The notes: generated from the sequence alone by a model not told the origin. Positions 28,687 to 39,004 are shown, counted from the stretch's first letter. The stretch: DNA of 64,000 bases from Anaerolineales bacterium (GCA_034430395.1 DAOUEQ010000008.1:7581-71580), one strand, 5' to 3'. A program made the numbers and translations.

Positions 28687-29745
28687 ATGAAAAAGTTTAT
28701 GTTTACAAGTTTAGTGGTCATCTTCATCGCTCTGGCTATCCCCGCCACCGCTTTTGCGGGTGGCCTCGAGGATGGAAAGGTGGTTTTTGGTGATGACTAT
28801 GTCCTTGAGAGCGGGGAAGTCCTCAACGGTGACCTGGCAGTCCTTGGGGGGACGGTCACGCTGGAGGAAGGTTCGCTCGTCGATGGCACCGTCTTTGTCG
28901 TCGGTGGCTCTGTCTTCGCTGCAGGTGAGATCGATGGTGACCTGGCAATCATTGGGGGGAATATACGCTTCGGCACAAATGCTGTCGTCGGGGGTGATTT
29001 CATTAAGTTTGGGGGAAGCGCGAACACAAGCTCCGTGCAAATCGGTGGTGAAGTCATCACGGAATCGGAGTTCAATATCCCAAGGAATTTCAATATAAGA
29101 CCCGATTGGGATTGGGATTACCCGTTCGTGACCGTGCCGCCCTTCCGGTATTCATGGGCTACTAATATCCTCGGATATCTCTTCAAAACCCTGATGCTTG
29201 CAGCGCTGGCAGTATTGGTCATGATGTTCCTGCCCAAGAACACGCAACTGGTTGCGGATACTGTCGTCTCCCAGCCTGTTCTTGCCGGGGCGTTAGGATT
29301 GCTGACAGCCTTTGTGGCGCCGGTTCTCATCTTCTTCCTGCTCATCTCGATCTGCTTCACAATCGTGGGCATCGTGGCAATCGTGGTTCTCGCGGCTGCC
29401 TGGGCGTTGGGAATGATTGCGATAGGCATGGAAGTTGGCAATCGACTCTCTGTTGCGACGAAACAGGAGTTCCAACCGGTCGTCGCCGCAGGCTTGGGAA
29501 CGTTGATCTTAGGCCTGGTGGTTTTTGGGATAGATCTCATCCCCTGCGTCGGATGGATGGTGCCCTTCTTGGTTGGAATCATCGGCACGGGGGCAGTCTT
29601 AATGACTCGCTTCGGCCGACAGGAATATGGCGTCGAAGCCCCGTCTGAGGAAAAACCGAAACTGCCCGCGAAGAAGGCAAGTACAACTGCGAAGAAAACC
29701 AGCACGACTGCGAAGAAGAGCAGTACGACTGCCAAGAAGAAGTAG
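28687..29745 (+). CDS. membrane protein with a secreted bactofilin-like beta-helix repeat domain and a basic repeat tail
   Basis: Signal peptide (..IPATAFAGG), then ~100 aa of G-D/G-x-V/I repeats (GDLAVLGGTVTLEEGSLVDGTVFVVGGSVFAAGEIDGDLAIIGGNIRF..), a polytopic TM region, and the C-terminal AKKASTT AKKTSTT AKKSSTT AKKK. Third gene of the sigma/anti-sigma operon. Confidence 0.7.
   Translation: MKKFMFTSLVVIFIALAIPATAFAGGLEDGKVVFGDDYVLESGEVLNGDLAVLGGTVTLEEGSLVDGTVFVVGGSVFAAGEIDGDLAIIGGNIRFGTNAVVGGDFIKFGGSANTSSVQIGGEVITESEFNIPRNFNIRPDWDWDYPFVTVPPFRYSWATNILGYLFKTLMLAALAVLVMMFLPKNTQLVADTVVSQPVLAGALGLLTAFVAPVLIFFLLISICFTIVGIVAIVVLAAAWALGMIAIGMEVGNRLSVATKQEFQPVVAAGLGTLILGLVVFGIDLIPCVGWMVPFLVGIIGTGAVLMTRFGRQEYGVEAPSEEKPKLPAKKASTTAKKTSTTAKKSSTTAKKK
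29668..29742 (+). repeat. 3.5 tandem copies of a 21-nt coding repeat (AKK-x-STT)
   Basis: GCGAAGAAGGCAAGTACAACT / GCGAAGAAAACCAGCACGACT / GCGAAGAAGAGCAGTACGACT / GCCAAGAAGAAG, read directly from the sequence. Confidence 0.85.
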
Positions 29746-29770
29746 AACATAGGGTCACTTCGTTTAACTG

Positions 29771-29815
29771 AATAAACAAAAGGGGCTGTCTCGAAAGGGA
29801 CAGCCCCCTTGTTGT
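29771..29815. terminator. bidirectional terminator between convergent genes
   Basis: GGGGCTGTC / GACAGCCCC stem (29782-29807). It is flanked by A-run/T-run sequence, giving TTTTGTTTATT on the minus strand after the GH31 gene and CTTGTTGTC on the plus strand. Confidence 0.6.
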
Positions 29816-29883
29816 CAATGGACACAAGAAGCATTGTTGAGAAGTTGCTTGAACGCACGCTCAGGGCTTATTAAATCCCCTAT

Positions 29884-32361
29884 TCATTCAATCTCCAGGC
29901 GGGCAGATTGGAAATCCCCAACTAAAAAATGACCACCCTCACAGACGATATCCTGGCCGTCAACGGAACAACGTTGAACTTGAGCGCCATGGACTGCCAG
30001 CCATACGCGAGAGTGACTTTCGAAATCCCCTTCAACCTCATGCAGCAGTTCATAGGACCTGTTCTCTGTATTAAGAGAGAATTGATCAACACGCCAGGGA
30101 CCATACCCGTCCCCATCATCGCTATAAAGTGAACCTGTGAATTTTCCTTGAACAGGGAGGTAAAGGTGTAGGATGAGTTCTTCCCCCTCTTGCATTGGCA
30201 ATATCGCCCCGGCCCGTACGAAGACAGGAATCCTCTCCAAGGAAACATCGATCGGGATCTCACCTGGCCCTTCAAAGGGTTGGTCGTTCCAGAAGCTGTA
30301 CCAGCGGCCGGGAGGAAGCGTTACGCTGCGTCGCTCCACACCTGGCTCAATAACCGGTGCGACAAGCAAGTCATCGCCTAGGAGGAACTGATCCTGGATA
30401 TCCCAGGAGGAGGGTTCCTCCGGACTCAACCAGAAGAGCGGTCGCAGGAGGGGTAGTCCGGTTTGTGTGCTCTGCCACGCCAGTGAGTAGAAGTAAGGCA
30501 GGAGGCGGTAGCGAAGCTGCAGGGCGGAGCGAACGATCTGAAGCGTCGAATCATCAAAGGCCCATGGCTCGCGGCGCGGTGTGAAGTGATCAGAATGGGT
30601 CCTGAAGAAAGGTGTGAAGGCGGCCATCTGGAACCAACGCAGGTAAAGCTCTGAGTTTGGCTCCCCACTGAAACCGCCAATATCACTGCCTGTGTAGGGG
30701 ATCCCTGAGAGGCCCAAGCCGAGCATAATGGTGATGGTTTGCCGGAGTGCTCCCCACGAACTTTCCACGTCCCCGGTCCAATTCCATGCATAGCGCTGCA
30801 TGCCAACCCATCCTGAACGGGAGAGAAGGAAGGGTCTCTTGCCGGGTTGGTTTTGCAGTAATGCTTTATACCCAGCCGTGTTCATCAATAATCCGTAGAG
30901 ATTGTGCGCCTGACGATGGTCACCGGTCTGTCCTTCGAGTGTGTGTCGAGTGTTGAGGGGAAGGGTTTTACCACCCCAAGCGGCGAAGGCAGATGGTTCG
31001 TTCATATCGTGCCATATACCAGCGATCCCCTCTTCTAGAAGACGCGGGTATAGATCCATCCACCACTGGCGTGTTTTTGAATCTGTGAAGTCGGGGAAGT
31101 GCACCCAACCTGGCCAGACTATGCTTCGGAGGGGTTGTCCGGAGGGAAGTTTACAGAAAGAGTCTTTCAGTACTCCCCTATTATAAATTGGGTAGTTGCG
31201 ATCGATCTTCACTCCTGGATCGATGATAGCAACGAGGCGAATATGTTTCTCCAGCAGCTCCGTCGCGAGTCGCTTTAAATTTGGGAAACGCTTCCGGTCA
31301 ACAGTAAAGACGCGATACCCTTCCATATAGTCAATGTCGAGGTGGATTGCGCTGATTGCAAGTTCATGGTGATCGAAGTTGCCGGCTAATTCACGAATGT
31401 CTGCTTCAGTTTTATATCCCCAGCGGGATTGGTGATATCCCAGCGCCCAGAGCGGGGGGAGTGGCGGCTTCCCCGTTAGATCACTGAAGCGATTGAGAAT
31501 CTTATTTGGCGGTCCCGGAATGAAATAATAACGGAGCATGCCACTCTCGAACTGTGCTTCTGCATACTCCTTGAGAGAGACGTACCCATCGAAAGAGTTC
31601 TCATAGAAAACCAGGTAGCTGCCCTCACGGTGGAGACATAGGTACACTGGGGCACACAAGTAGAGTGGATCGTGCCCAGATTTATAGCTACCGCCTGGAT
31701 CCTTGTTCCAAAGTCGGTAGCTGCCGCCGCGTAAGTTCAAGCCTGCAGCTCGCTCCCCCAGGCCATAGAATCCGGCTTGTTCAGGTATTCTTGCTCTATG
31801 TGTCCAGGCTTCGCCGACTCGAGTGGGGGGTTCTTCTTCCCGCAGGACATCACCCCCCGCGTCAAGGAAGGTGAGGTTACCTCTCCCGTCAATATCGATG
31901 GTAAGGGTATCGCTGTAAAATCTCCATCCTTCGTCTGTTTCTGACAATTCGGTGCTAGCTCCCGGCCAGTTGAAGTCGGCGATGGCGTAGGGGATGGGAG
32001 GGATCCCTGGCTTCCAAGTTAGACGGACGACATCGGAATCCAGGAACACGATTTCCAATTCGGCATATTCGAAGTGGAATCTAGCGCCCATCTGGATCGA
32101 ATAGGCTTCTTGGAGAGAGCCCGTACTAAGCAACTTGTCGCTTGCTCGATCCCGGTCTCTACGGTAGGCGTTGTTTATCCGATCTCTTTGGAAGGCATAC
32201 AACACAGCGGCGAGGCTGTTGTTTAAGCCTAGTGTACGAATGGATCGTAGGATCGAGAGGATGCCCATGATTTGTGTCTTCGCTCGACTTATCCCAGATT
32301 TTGATGTTGAGAAGAGTTTAGCCAATGGGAGTGACGGGCGCAAATGCTCAGGGTAACGCAT
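29884..32361 (-). CDS. glycoside hydrolase family 31 alpha-glucosidase
   Basis: 825 aa. GH31 nucleophile motif GIWHDMNEPS and acid/base region GSDIGGF are present. The N-terminal ~32 aa may not be translated; an alternative Met begins MGILSILRS. Confidence 0.85.
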   Translation of the reverse strand: MRYPEHLRPSLPLAKLFSTSKSGISRAKTQIMGILSILRSIRTLGLNNSLAAVLYAFQRDRINNAYRRDRDRASDKLLSTGSLQEAYSIQMGARFHFEYAELEIVFLDSDVVRLTWKPGIPPIPYAIADFNWPGASTELSETDEGWRFYSDTLTIDIDGRGNLTFLDAGGDVLREEEPPTRVGEAWTHRARIPEQAGFYGLGERAAGLNLRGGSYRLWNKDPGGSYKSGHDPLYLCAPVYLCLHREGSYLVFYENSFDGYVSLKEYAEAQFESGMLRYYFIPGPPNKILNRFSDLTGKPPLPPLWALGYHQSRWGYKTEADIRELAGNFDHHELAISAIHLDIDYMEGYRVFTVDRKRFPNLKRLATELLEKHIRLVAIIDPGVKIDRNYPIYNRGVLKDSFCKLPSGQPLRSIVWPGWVHFPDFTDSKTRQWWMDLYPRLLEEGIAGIWHDMNEPSAFAAWGGKTLPLNTRHTLEGQTGDHRQAHNLYGLLMNTAGYKALLQNQPGKRPFLLSRSGWVGMQRYAWNWTGDVESSWGALRQTITIMLGLGLSGIPYTGSDIGGFSGEPNSELYLRWFQMAAFTPFFRTHSDHFTPRREPWAFDDSTLQIVRSALQLRYRLLPYFYSLAWQSTQTGLPLLRPLFWLSPEEPSSWDIQDQFLLGDDLLVAPVIEPGVERRSVTLPPGRWYSFWNDQPFEGPGEIPIDVSLERIPVFVRAGAILPMQEGEELILHLYLPVQGKFTGSLYSDDGDGYGPWRVDQFSLNTENRSYELLHEVEGDFESHSRVWLAVHGAQVQRCSVDGQDIVCEGGHFLVGDFQSARLEIE

Positions 32362-32758
32362 CCATCAACTTCTGAATTTGTCCGCAAGGTGTAAATTGAT
32401 GCAAGTCATCCTGCCAATATAGTTACGATCTTGATCATAGTATATTCTGGATAAGGTGCTGTGATTCTAGATGAGAGTGGGTGGATGCTGGCCTAACCGG
32501 AAAGATGCAATTACAGTGGCCCTCTATGCGCAGGCTGCGCCTGCGACTGGAAGAAGAGCTTCCTGACTCCATAAAAAAACCAAAACCTCATCACCGATCC
32601 TTGATGGAGAGCCCAAAATCAGTTTGAGATTGATCCAAGCACGGGCAAATCTTTAAATAAGCTTCTCGGAGATATAATGCTAGCGGAACTCAGCGCTGTT
32701 GGCTATAATCAGCCATTGGTGTTCTCCTATTTAGACTTCTGAGAAAGCAATCTCACGG

Positions 32759-35700
32759 ATGTCATTCGTTCATCTTCACGTACACTCGGAATACTCACTG
32801 CTGGACGGCTTAAGCAAGGTAGATAAGCTGGTCCAGAAGGCGAAAGCGCTTGACATGCCGGCGTTGGCGTTGACAGATCACGGCGCCATGTTCGGTGTGA
32901 TTTCATTCTATAGGGCCGCAAAAAAAGCTGGCATCAAACCGATCATCGGTATAGAAGCGTATCTTGCTGCGCGCACGATGCATGATCGAGATCCAAAATT
33001 GGACAGTAGTTCGTTCCATCTTTTGCTTCTCGCGGAAAATGATACTGGATATAAGAACTTACTCCAGATCGCCACTGCTGCACAGCTCGATGGTTTTTAT
33101 TACCGGCCGCGGATTGACCACGATTTCCTGGCTGAACACAATGAAGGATTGATCTGCACAACAGGCTGCCTCTCGGGGGAAGTCCCGCGCGCTCTTGAAC
33201 GAGGTCAGGATGAACACGCTCGGAAACTCCTGGATTGGTATTTTGAAATTTTCGACCGCGATCATTTCTTCTTCGAACTGCAGCTCCATGACATCCCGGA
33301 ATTACCGGAGATTAACAAGAAGCTCATCGATCTGGCTAAACGCTATGATGGTCGTTTCCTCGCCACAAATGACGTCCACTACATCGAACGCGATGATGCC
33401 GAACTACAAGATCTGCTCCTGTGTGTCCAGACCGGTTCTCTACAATCGGACCCCGACAGGATGCGCATGACGGATCCATCGTATTACCTTCGCTCTCCCC
33501 AAGAGATGAAGCAGCTCTTTGGCCATATCCCAGGAGCAATTGAGAATACTATCTGGATCGCTGAACGCAGTGATGTGGACCTTGATTTCAAAGGATACCG
33601 GCTGCCGCATTTCGAAGTAAACGAGGGATTTACCTCCGACAGTTACCTGCGACACCTATGTGATATAGGTCTCCAGAAACGCTTTGGGGATAGCGCTCAG
33701 GATTCGGTTTTACAGGAACGCTTGAACTATGAGCTGGGCATTATTCATGAGATGGGTTTCGACAATTATTTTCTCATCGTATGGGATCTGTGCCGTTTCG
33801 CCCGCGAGGAGAATATCTGGTACAACGCGCGGGGATCTGCGGCAGGTTCCATCGTCGCATATGCACTTGAAATCACGCTGGTTGACCCTCTCGAGCATGG
33901 ACTGATCTTCGAGCGATTCCTGAACCCGGGGCGTGTCTCAATGCCGGACATTGACCTGGACTTTCAGGATGATCTCCGTTCTCGAGTGCTCGAATACACC
34001 GCGAATAAGTATGGGCGCGATAAGGTTGCGCAGATCATAACCTTCGGGACACTCGGGGCGCGCGCTGCAATACGGGATGTAGGACGGGTGATGGACATTC
34101 CACTACCGGAAGTCGACCGGGTAGCGAAGTTGATCCCGAATATCCCAGGAAAACCGATCTCAATCGTGCAGGCACTCGATCAGGTTCAAGCGTTAAAGGA
34201 GGTTTATACCGAAACACCCTACTTACAGGAACTCATTGATACGGCGGCGCGGTTAGAGGGCGTGGTTCGACATGCGGGAACACACGCCGCCGGAGTGGTC
34301 ATCACCGATAAACCGATCACAGAGTACATCCCCCTTCATCGCCCTACAGGTGGGAACCAAGAGGATAACCCAATCGGCGCAGTGACTCAATTCGAGATGC
34401 AGATCCTGGACTCCTTGGGGCTGCTGAAAGTTGATTTCCTTGGCCTTTCAACGCTTACGGTGATGGCGCGTGCCTGTGAGATGATTAGCGCTCGCCATGA
34501 TGTCGAATTGGACATACACACAATCCCTGTGGATGATCCTGAAACCTTTGAGCTCATGGGGCGGGGGGAAGTCCTGGGTGTTTTTCAGGTTGAAGGCGTT
34601 GGTATGCGGCGCTATCTGATGGAGATGAAGCCGCGTGAGTTAGCAAATGTGATCGCCATGGTGGCACTCTACCGCCCAGGACCGATGGATTTCATCCCAA
34701 CCTATATTCGCCGCATGCATGGAGAGGAACAGGTCTCCTATCCGCACCCAGCACTTGAGTCGATCTTCGAAGAGACGTTTGGCATCCCTGTATATCAAGA
34801 GCAGATCATGTTTGCAGCCATGGAGATGGCAGGGTACACGGCATCTGAGGCTGATGATCTCCGGAAGGCGATCGCCAAGAAGAAAGCGAAGGGACTGAAG
34901 ACCCACCGCAAGAAATTTATCCAAGGCTCTGTTGACAAAGGTGTCGATCAGAAAACAGCTGCCGATGTTTTTGACGATTGGGAAAATTTTGCCCGGTATG
35001 GTTTTAATAAAGCGCACGCCGCCGATTACGGGGTCATCGCAGTTCAGACCGCCTATCTCAAAACGCATTATCCACTTGAATATATGACTGCTTTGCTATC
35101 CGTCTTCAAGCAGGATTCGGATAAAGTGGCGCTCTACATCGCGGATTGTCGCCGAATGGGGTTAGAAATTATGCCACCTGATGTGAATTCGAGCGGCTAT
35201 GATTTCTCCCCTGAGGATTGTGGCGACGGGAAGGCGGGGATTCGTTTCGGGCTCGGTGCAGCCAAGAATGTCGGTCAAAGTGCAATAGAGACTATTCTGG
35301 AAACCCGAGAGGCTGATGGAGCATTCAATACCCTGGAGGAGTTTGCCCGGCGGGTTGATCTGCGCAAAGTCGGCAAACGAGCGCTGGAGAGTCTTATTCG
35401 AGTTGGCGCTCTCGATAGCCTCGCGCCGCGCATCGCTATGATGGATTTCATGGACCGCATCATGGCATTGTCCGCCAACCATTTCCGGGCAGCTGAGTCT
35501 GGCCAGATGTCCTTCTTTGGGCAGAAGAACGGCGTAAGCGACACCCTGGACCTGCCTCCCGTGACATCGGATATTCCTCAACGCCGTCTCTTGAGTTGGG
35601 AGAAGGAATTGTTAGGGATCTATATCTCGGATCATCCCCTGACGCCATATTTGTCGGAACTCACGCAAATTACCACTCACTTTAGCTCCGAACTGGAGGA

Positions 35701-36532
35701 GACGTCCCAAGGACAGAAGGTTTGTGTCGCTGGGGAGGTGTGTAACGTACGGCCATACCAGACCCGCACAGGGAAGGCGATGGGTTTCGTTACGCTAGAG
35801 GATTTGCAAGGGACGATTGAGTTGGTTGTATTCAGCCGTGTCTGGAAGAATATCTCTACCTGGTTGAGCGAAGAAGATATTGTCGTCGCGGTGGGGAAGG
35901 TGGATAGCGAGCGAGGCGCTGTGAAGATCCTCGCTGACCAGATCACAACTGATTTCACGCAGGTACAAGCCATTAACGACATTCATAGCAAGGCTGTCCA
36001 AACCCCTCCACCTGTGCCTGTTCGTCCGGTGGAGCCCAGAGCGATTACGCAACCGCCAGCAGATTCAAGTGAGGAGGGTGAACTTCCACCTCCCCCTGCA
36101 ATCGAACCCTTGGATGCTTCGATTGCCCTCACGTTCAAGGGGCAATCTGTAGCGACCTCGGTAGAGGAACCAGATTCCAACGAGCAGGCAGTAACTCTAA
36201 AAAGAATCGATCGCCAATTATCGGAAGCTCCGCATGCTCTTCCTCCAACTCCACTTGAGACGTTTCTGGATGGCGAGGTGAAAATGATCACCGTTATCTT
36301 GGAGACGACAGGTGACCGGCAGAGAGATGCATTACGAATGCGCAGGGTTCATGGCCTGCTAACTTCGTATCCAGGAAATGATCGCTTTGAGTTCTTGTTA
36401 TTCGAAGCGTCTCGCCGCTATCAAGTCGATTTCCCCAGTTCCACCACCGGATATTGCCCGGACCTACATGCACAATTAACATCGATGTTAGGTAAGGGTG
36501 TGATCCGCGTAGAGACAATGAGGATCCAATGA
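32759..36532 (+). CDS. dnaE: DNA polymerase III alpha subunit
   Basis: PHP domain MSFVHLHVHSEYSLLDG, polymerase core and OB fold. It is 1257 aa, with a Pro-rich linker and an extra ~95-aa C-terminal domain. Confidence 0.95.
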   Translation: MSFVHLHVHSEYSLLDGLSKVDKLVQKAKALDMPALALTDHGAMFGVISFYRAAKKAGIKPIIGIEAYLAARTMHDRDPKLDSSSFHLLLLAENDTGYKNLLQIATAAQLDGFYYRPRIDHDFLAEHNEGLICTTGCLSGEVPRALERGQDEHARKLLDWYFEIFDRDHFFFELQLHDIPELPEINKKLIDLAKRYDGRFLATNDVHYIERDDAELQDLLLCVQTGSLQSDPDRMRMTDPSYYLRSPQEMKQLFGHIPGAIENTIWIAERSDVDLDFKGYRLPHFEVNEGFTSDSYLRHLCDIGLQKRFGDSAQDSVLQERLNYELGIIHEMGFDNYFLIVWDLCRFAREENIWYNARGSAAGSIVAYALEITLVDPLEHGLIFERFLNPGRVSMPDIDLDFQDDLRSRVLEYTANKYGRDKVAQIITFGTLGARAAIRDVGRVMDIPLPEVDRVAKLIPNIPGKPISIVQALDQVQALKEVYTETPYLQELIDTAARLEGVVRHAGTHAAGVVITDKPITEYIPLHRPTGGNQEDNPIGAVTQFEMQILDSLGLLKVDFLGLSTLTVMARACEMISARHDVELDIHTIPVDDPETFELMGRGEVLGVFQVEGVGMRRYLMEMKPRELANVIAMVALYRPGPMDFIPTYIRRMHGEEQVSYPHPALESIFEETFGIPVYQEQIMFAAMEMAGYTASEADDLRKAIAKKKAKGLKTHRKKFIQGSVDKGVDQKTAADVFDDWENFARYGFNKAHAADYGVIAVQTAYLKTHYPLEYMTALLSVFKQDSDKVALYIADCRRMGLEIMPPDVNSSGYDFSPEDCGDGKAGIRFGLGAAKNVGQSAIETILETREADGAFNTLEEFARRVDLRKVGKRALESLIRVGALDSLAPRIAMMDFMDRIMALSANHFRAAESGQMSFFGQKNGVSDTLDLPPVTSDIPQRRLLSWEKELLGIYISDHPLTPYLSELTQITTHFSSELEETSQGQKVCVAGEVCNVRPYQTRTGKAMGFVTLEDLQGTIELVVFSRVWKNISTWLSEEDIVVAVGKVDSERGAVKILADQITTDFTQVQAINDIHSKAVQTPPPVPVRPVEPRAITQPPADSSEEGELPPPPAIEPLDASIALTFKGQSVATSVEEPDSNEQAVTLKRIDRQLSEAPHALPPTPLETFLDGEVKMITVILETTGDRQRDALRMRRVHGLLTSYPGNDRFEFLLFEASRRYQVDFPSSTTGYCPDLHAQLTSMLGKGVIRVETMRIQ

Positions 36533-37500
36533 AACTTCGAAAAATCGCTGTGCTGTCATCTGGCGGGGATGCGCCGGGGATCAATCCCTGTATACGCGCA
36601 GTCGTGCGAACTGCACTTCATTACGATCTTGAAGTGATTGGCATTGAAGAGGGGTTCGATGGTCTTATCCGCGGGGAGATGCGGCAATTACGAGCGCGGG
36701 ACGTTGGGGGGATTATGCAACTCGGAGGCACGTTCCTCCGAACCGCACGATGCCCGGAATTTAAAACCAAGAAGGGCCAGCGGAAGGCGACGCGCGAGCT
36801 GAACGAATCGGAGATTGATGGGATTGTTGTAATCGGTGGTGATGGAACAATGCGGGGGACACATGTCCTGGCTGAGATGGGATTCCCGGTGATCGGCGTG
36901 CCCGCTTCAATCGATAACGATATCTGGGGGACCGACATGTCGTTGGGCGTTGACACTGCTTTGAATACGATTAGGGAAGCCGTCGATAAGCTTCGCGACA
37001 CGGCATCATCGCATCAGCGCGCGTTCCTTGTGGTAACGATGGGTCGGAACTGCGGTTACCTTGCCCTCATCTCAGGTGTTATTTGCGGGGCTGAGGTTGT
37101 CATCATCCCTGAAATGGAAATCCCAATCGACCAGATTTCGAAAGAGGTCATCGATGCGTATGATCGCGGGAAATCGCATTCCATCATCATCATGTCGGAA
37201 GGAGCTTCATATAAACCAGAGGATGTAGCCAATAAGTTAGTCGAGGATGACTGCGGATTCGAAACTCGAATTACCATCCTCGGCCATGTTGTCCGCGGAG
37301 GCAGCCCTTCTGCTTTTGATCGCATCCTTGGGACCCGAATGGGTGTGAAAGCAGTGAAAGCGCTAATCGCCGGTGAAACTGATGTGATGACTGGGCTCAA
37401 CGGGCGCGAGATCGTTATGCAGAAACTCGAAGATGTCGTGAGACAATCCCGTAAGGTGAATCTTGAATTTTATGAAATCACCAAGATGCTTTCCCGCTGA
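36529..37500 (+). CDS. pfkA: ATP-dependent 6-phosphofructokinase
   Basis: IAVLSSGGDAPGINP, GGDGT and PASIDNDI motifs. The ATG overlaps the dnaE stop (ATGA). Confidence 0.9.
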   Translation: MKLRKIAVLSSGGDAPGINPCIRAVVRTALHYDLEVIGIEEGFDGLIRGEMRQLRARDVGGIMQLGGTFLRTARCPEFKTKKGQRKATRELNESEIDGIVVIGGDGTMRGTHVLAEMGFPVIGVPASIDNDIWGTDMSLGVDTALNTIREAVDKLRDTASSHQRAFLVVTMGRNCGYLALISGVICGAEVVIIPEMEIPIDQISKEVIDAYDRGKSHSIIIMSEGASYKPEDVANKLVEDDCGFETRITILGHVVRGGSPSAFDRILGTRMGVKAVKALIAGETDVMTGLNGREIVMQKLEDVVRQSRKVNLEFYEITKMLSR

Positions 37501-37682
37501 CCGGTATAGAAAACGGTAACAGGCATGTTGATGTCGAGTATTCTCGTCTTCTGAACCGCAAAACTAACGATCTACGGATATTCATCTCCTAGGTTTAGAA
37601 ACCCTCGATAATCCCAAAATTGCCACCAGCTGGGTTTGCTCCCTGCCGTTTTTTATTCTCGCTGGTTTGAAATATCAGAAGG

Positions 37683-38663
37683 TCATTCCCACTTGAGAAA
37701 AATGCGACGCTGTCGATTATCCAGGCGGTTCAACCCTGCTTGCTGTGCGATGATTGCTGCGTCGCTATATTCCTTCGGAGTCAGAGGGCGATCCAGCGGA
37801 GGGTACATCGTTGCCCTGTAGGCTGGCCGGTATTGATCCATGAGGTTCAGGTACGTATTGGGTGAAATCTCCTCCGCCAGAAAGCGGACAATTTCTTCCG
37901 TGCCGGCGAGGTTCTCAGGCAGGACCAGATGGCGAACAAGTAATCCGCGTTGGGCAACCCCACGCTCACACAGCTCGAGATCACCGACCTGACGATGCAT
38001 CTCCCCCACGGCGGATCGGTTGATCGCCGGGTAATTTCCGATTTTTGAAAGACGGCGAGCGATGAAACGATCCGCATACTTCATGTCAGGCATATAGATA
38101 TCGATCACGCCATCGAGAAGCGCAAGAGCCTCGGGCGAATCATAGCCGCCGGTGTTGTATACCAAGGGGATGTTCAAACCTGCTTCAGCCGCGATTACAA
38201 GGGCTTCCAGGATCTCAGCGATGACGTGGGATGGGGATACGAAATTAATATTATGGCAGCCCTTATGCTGGAGTTCGAGCATCATGGCTGCTAACTCCTC
38301 GCTCTCTACCTCTCTACCAGCGGGTGATTGGCTAATGTCAGCATTCTGACAATACTGGCAGCGGAGGTTGCACCAGGAGAAGAAGATCGTCCCTGAACCT
38401 CGCTGACCTCGCAGGGGATTTTCCTCGCCGTGGTGAGGTCCATAAGAAGCTACAAGCGCCTTCAACCCCGTGCGGCACCCTCCAAGTCTCTCAGACCGAT
38501 CAACGCGGCAATATCGAGCGCACAGATCACATTCCCGTTCATGCTCCCGGGCTTTCTCGGCACGTTCCCTCAATGCACCCGAACGATGGAGTTGTCGATA
38601 AGCCGCTTCGAAAGAGGTCATACCCTGATCATAGCAAAGTTTCCGGTCGGCTGCTTCGCCCAC
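37683..38663 (-). CDS. radical SAM protein, PflX-like (pyruvate formate-lyase activase-related, function unknown)
   Basis: FFSWCNLRCQYCQN is the CX3CX2C motif. An upstream Cys-rich segment (CDLCARYCRVDR...GCRTG) is typical of the COG1313 family. The start is GTG 38663 or ATG 38621. Confidence 0.75.
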   Translation of the reverse strand: MGEAADRKLCYDQGMTSFEAAYRQLHRSGALRERAEKAREHERECDLCARYCRVDRSERLGGCRTGLKALVASYGPHHGEENPLRGQRGSGTIFFSWCNLRCQYCQNADISQSPAGREVESEELAAMMLELQHKGCHNINFVSPSHVIAEILEALVIAAEAGLNIPLVYNTGGYDSPEALALLDGVIDIYMPDMKYADRFIARRLSKIGNYPAINRSAVGEMHRQVGDLELCERGVAQRGLLVRHLVLPENLAGTEEIVRFLAEEISPNTYLNLMDQYRPAYRATMYPPLDRPLTPKEYSDAAIIAQQAGLNRLDNRQRRIFLKWE

Positions 38664-38767
38664 AATGAGTCATATCTCTTATCCCGCTGCTGGTCCGAAC
38701 CTTGCATTAAAAACTCGATGGAGAGTAATGACGCACGACGAGGGAATGCCTTGGAGGGATGCCCGTT

Positions 38768-39004
38768 ATGATAAGAGATGCTTATGGTGGATCGGCGCTT
38801 GTCAGCCGAATCCAAGCTTTGCCAGATCCATACCGCGGGAATGCGATCGCCTGGCTGCAGCATTGCACGCAAGCTCCGATGGAAGACTTGGAGTCGGATA
38901 TTAACAGCTTCCTGGAGACCTTAAATCCATCTGTAAGGGCAAAGTTTGTTTTCCAGACAGGAAAGCTGTTGGAGATCGCAGTCCAGTACTTTGGAAGTCC
39001 CTGA
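38768..39004 (+). CDS. hypothetical small protein (~78 aa)
   Basis: GGAGG lies 10 nt before ATG 38768; the ORF track starts at ATG 38759. An 11-bp hairpin follows immediately. No recognisable family. It overlaps competing small ORFs on both strands, so it may be non-coding. Confidence 0.3.
   Translation: MIRDAYGGSALVSRIQALPDPYRGNAIAWLQHCTQAPMEDLESDINSFLETLNPSVRAKFVFQTGKLLEIAVQYFGSP

Noticed and set aside
29118-29858. 246-aa minus-strand ORF antisense to the beta-helix membrane protein gene
   Set aside because: It has no SD or motifs. It mirrors the hydrophobic and Lys-repeat coding region of a gene that has operon context and a signal peptide, so it is judged an artefact.
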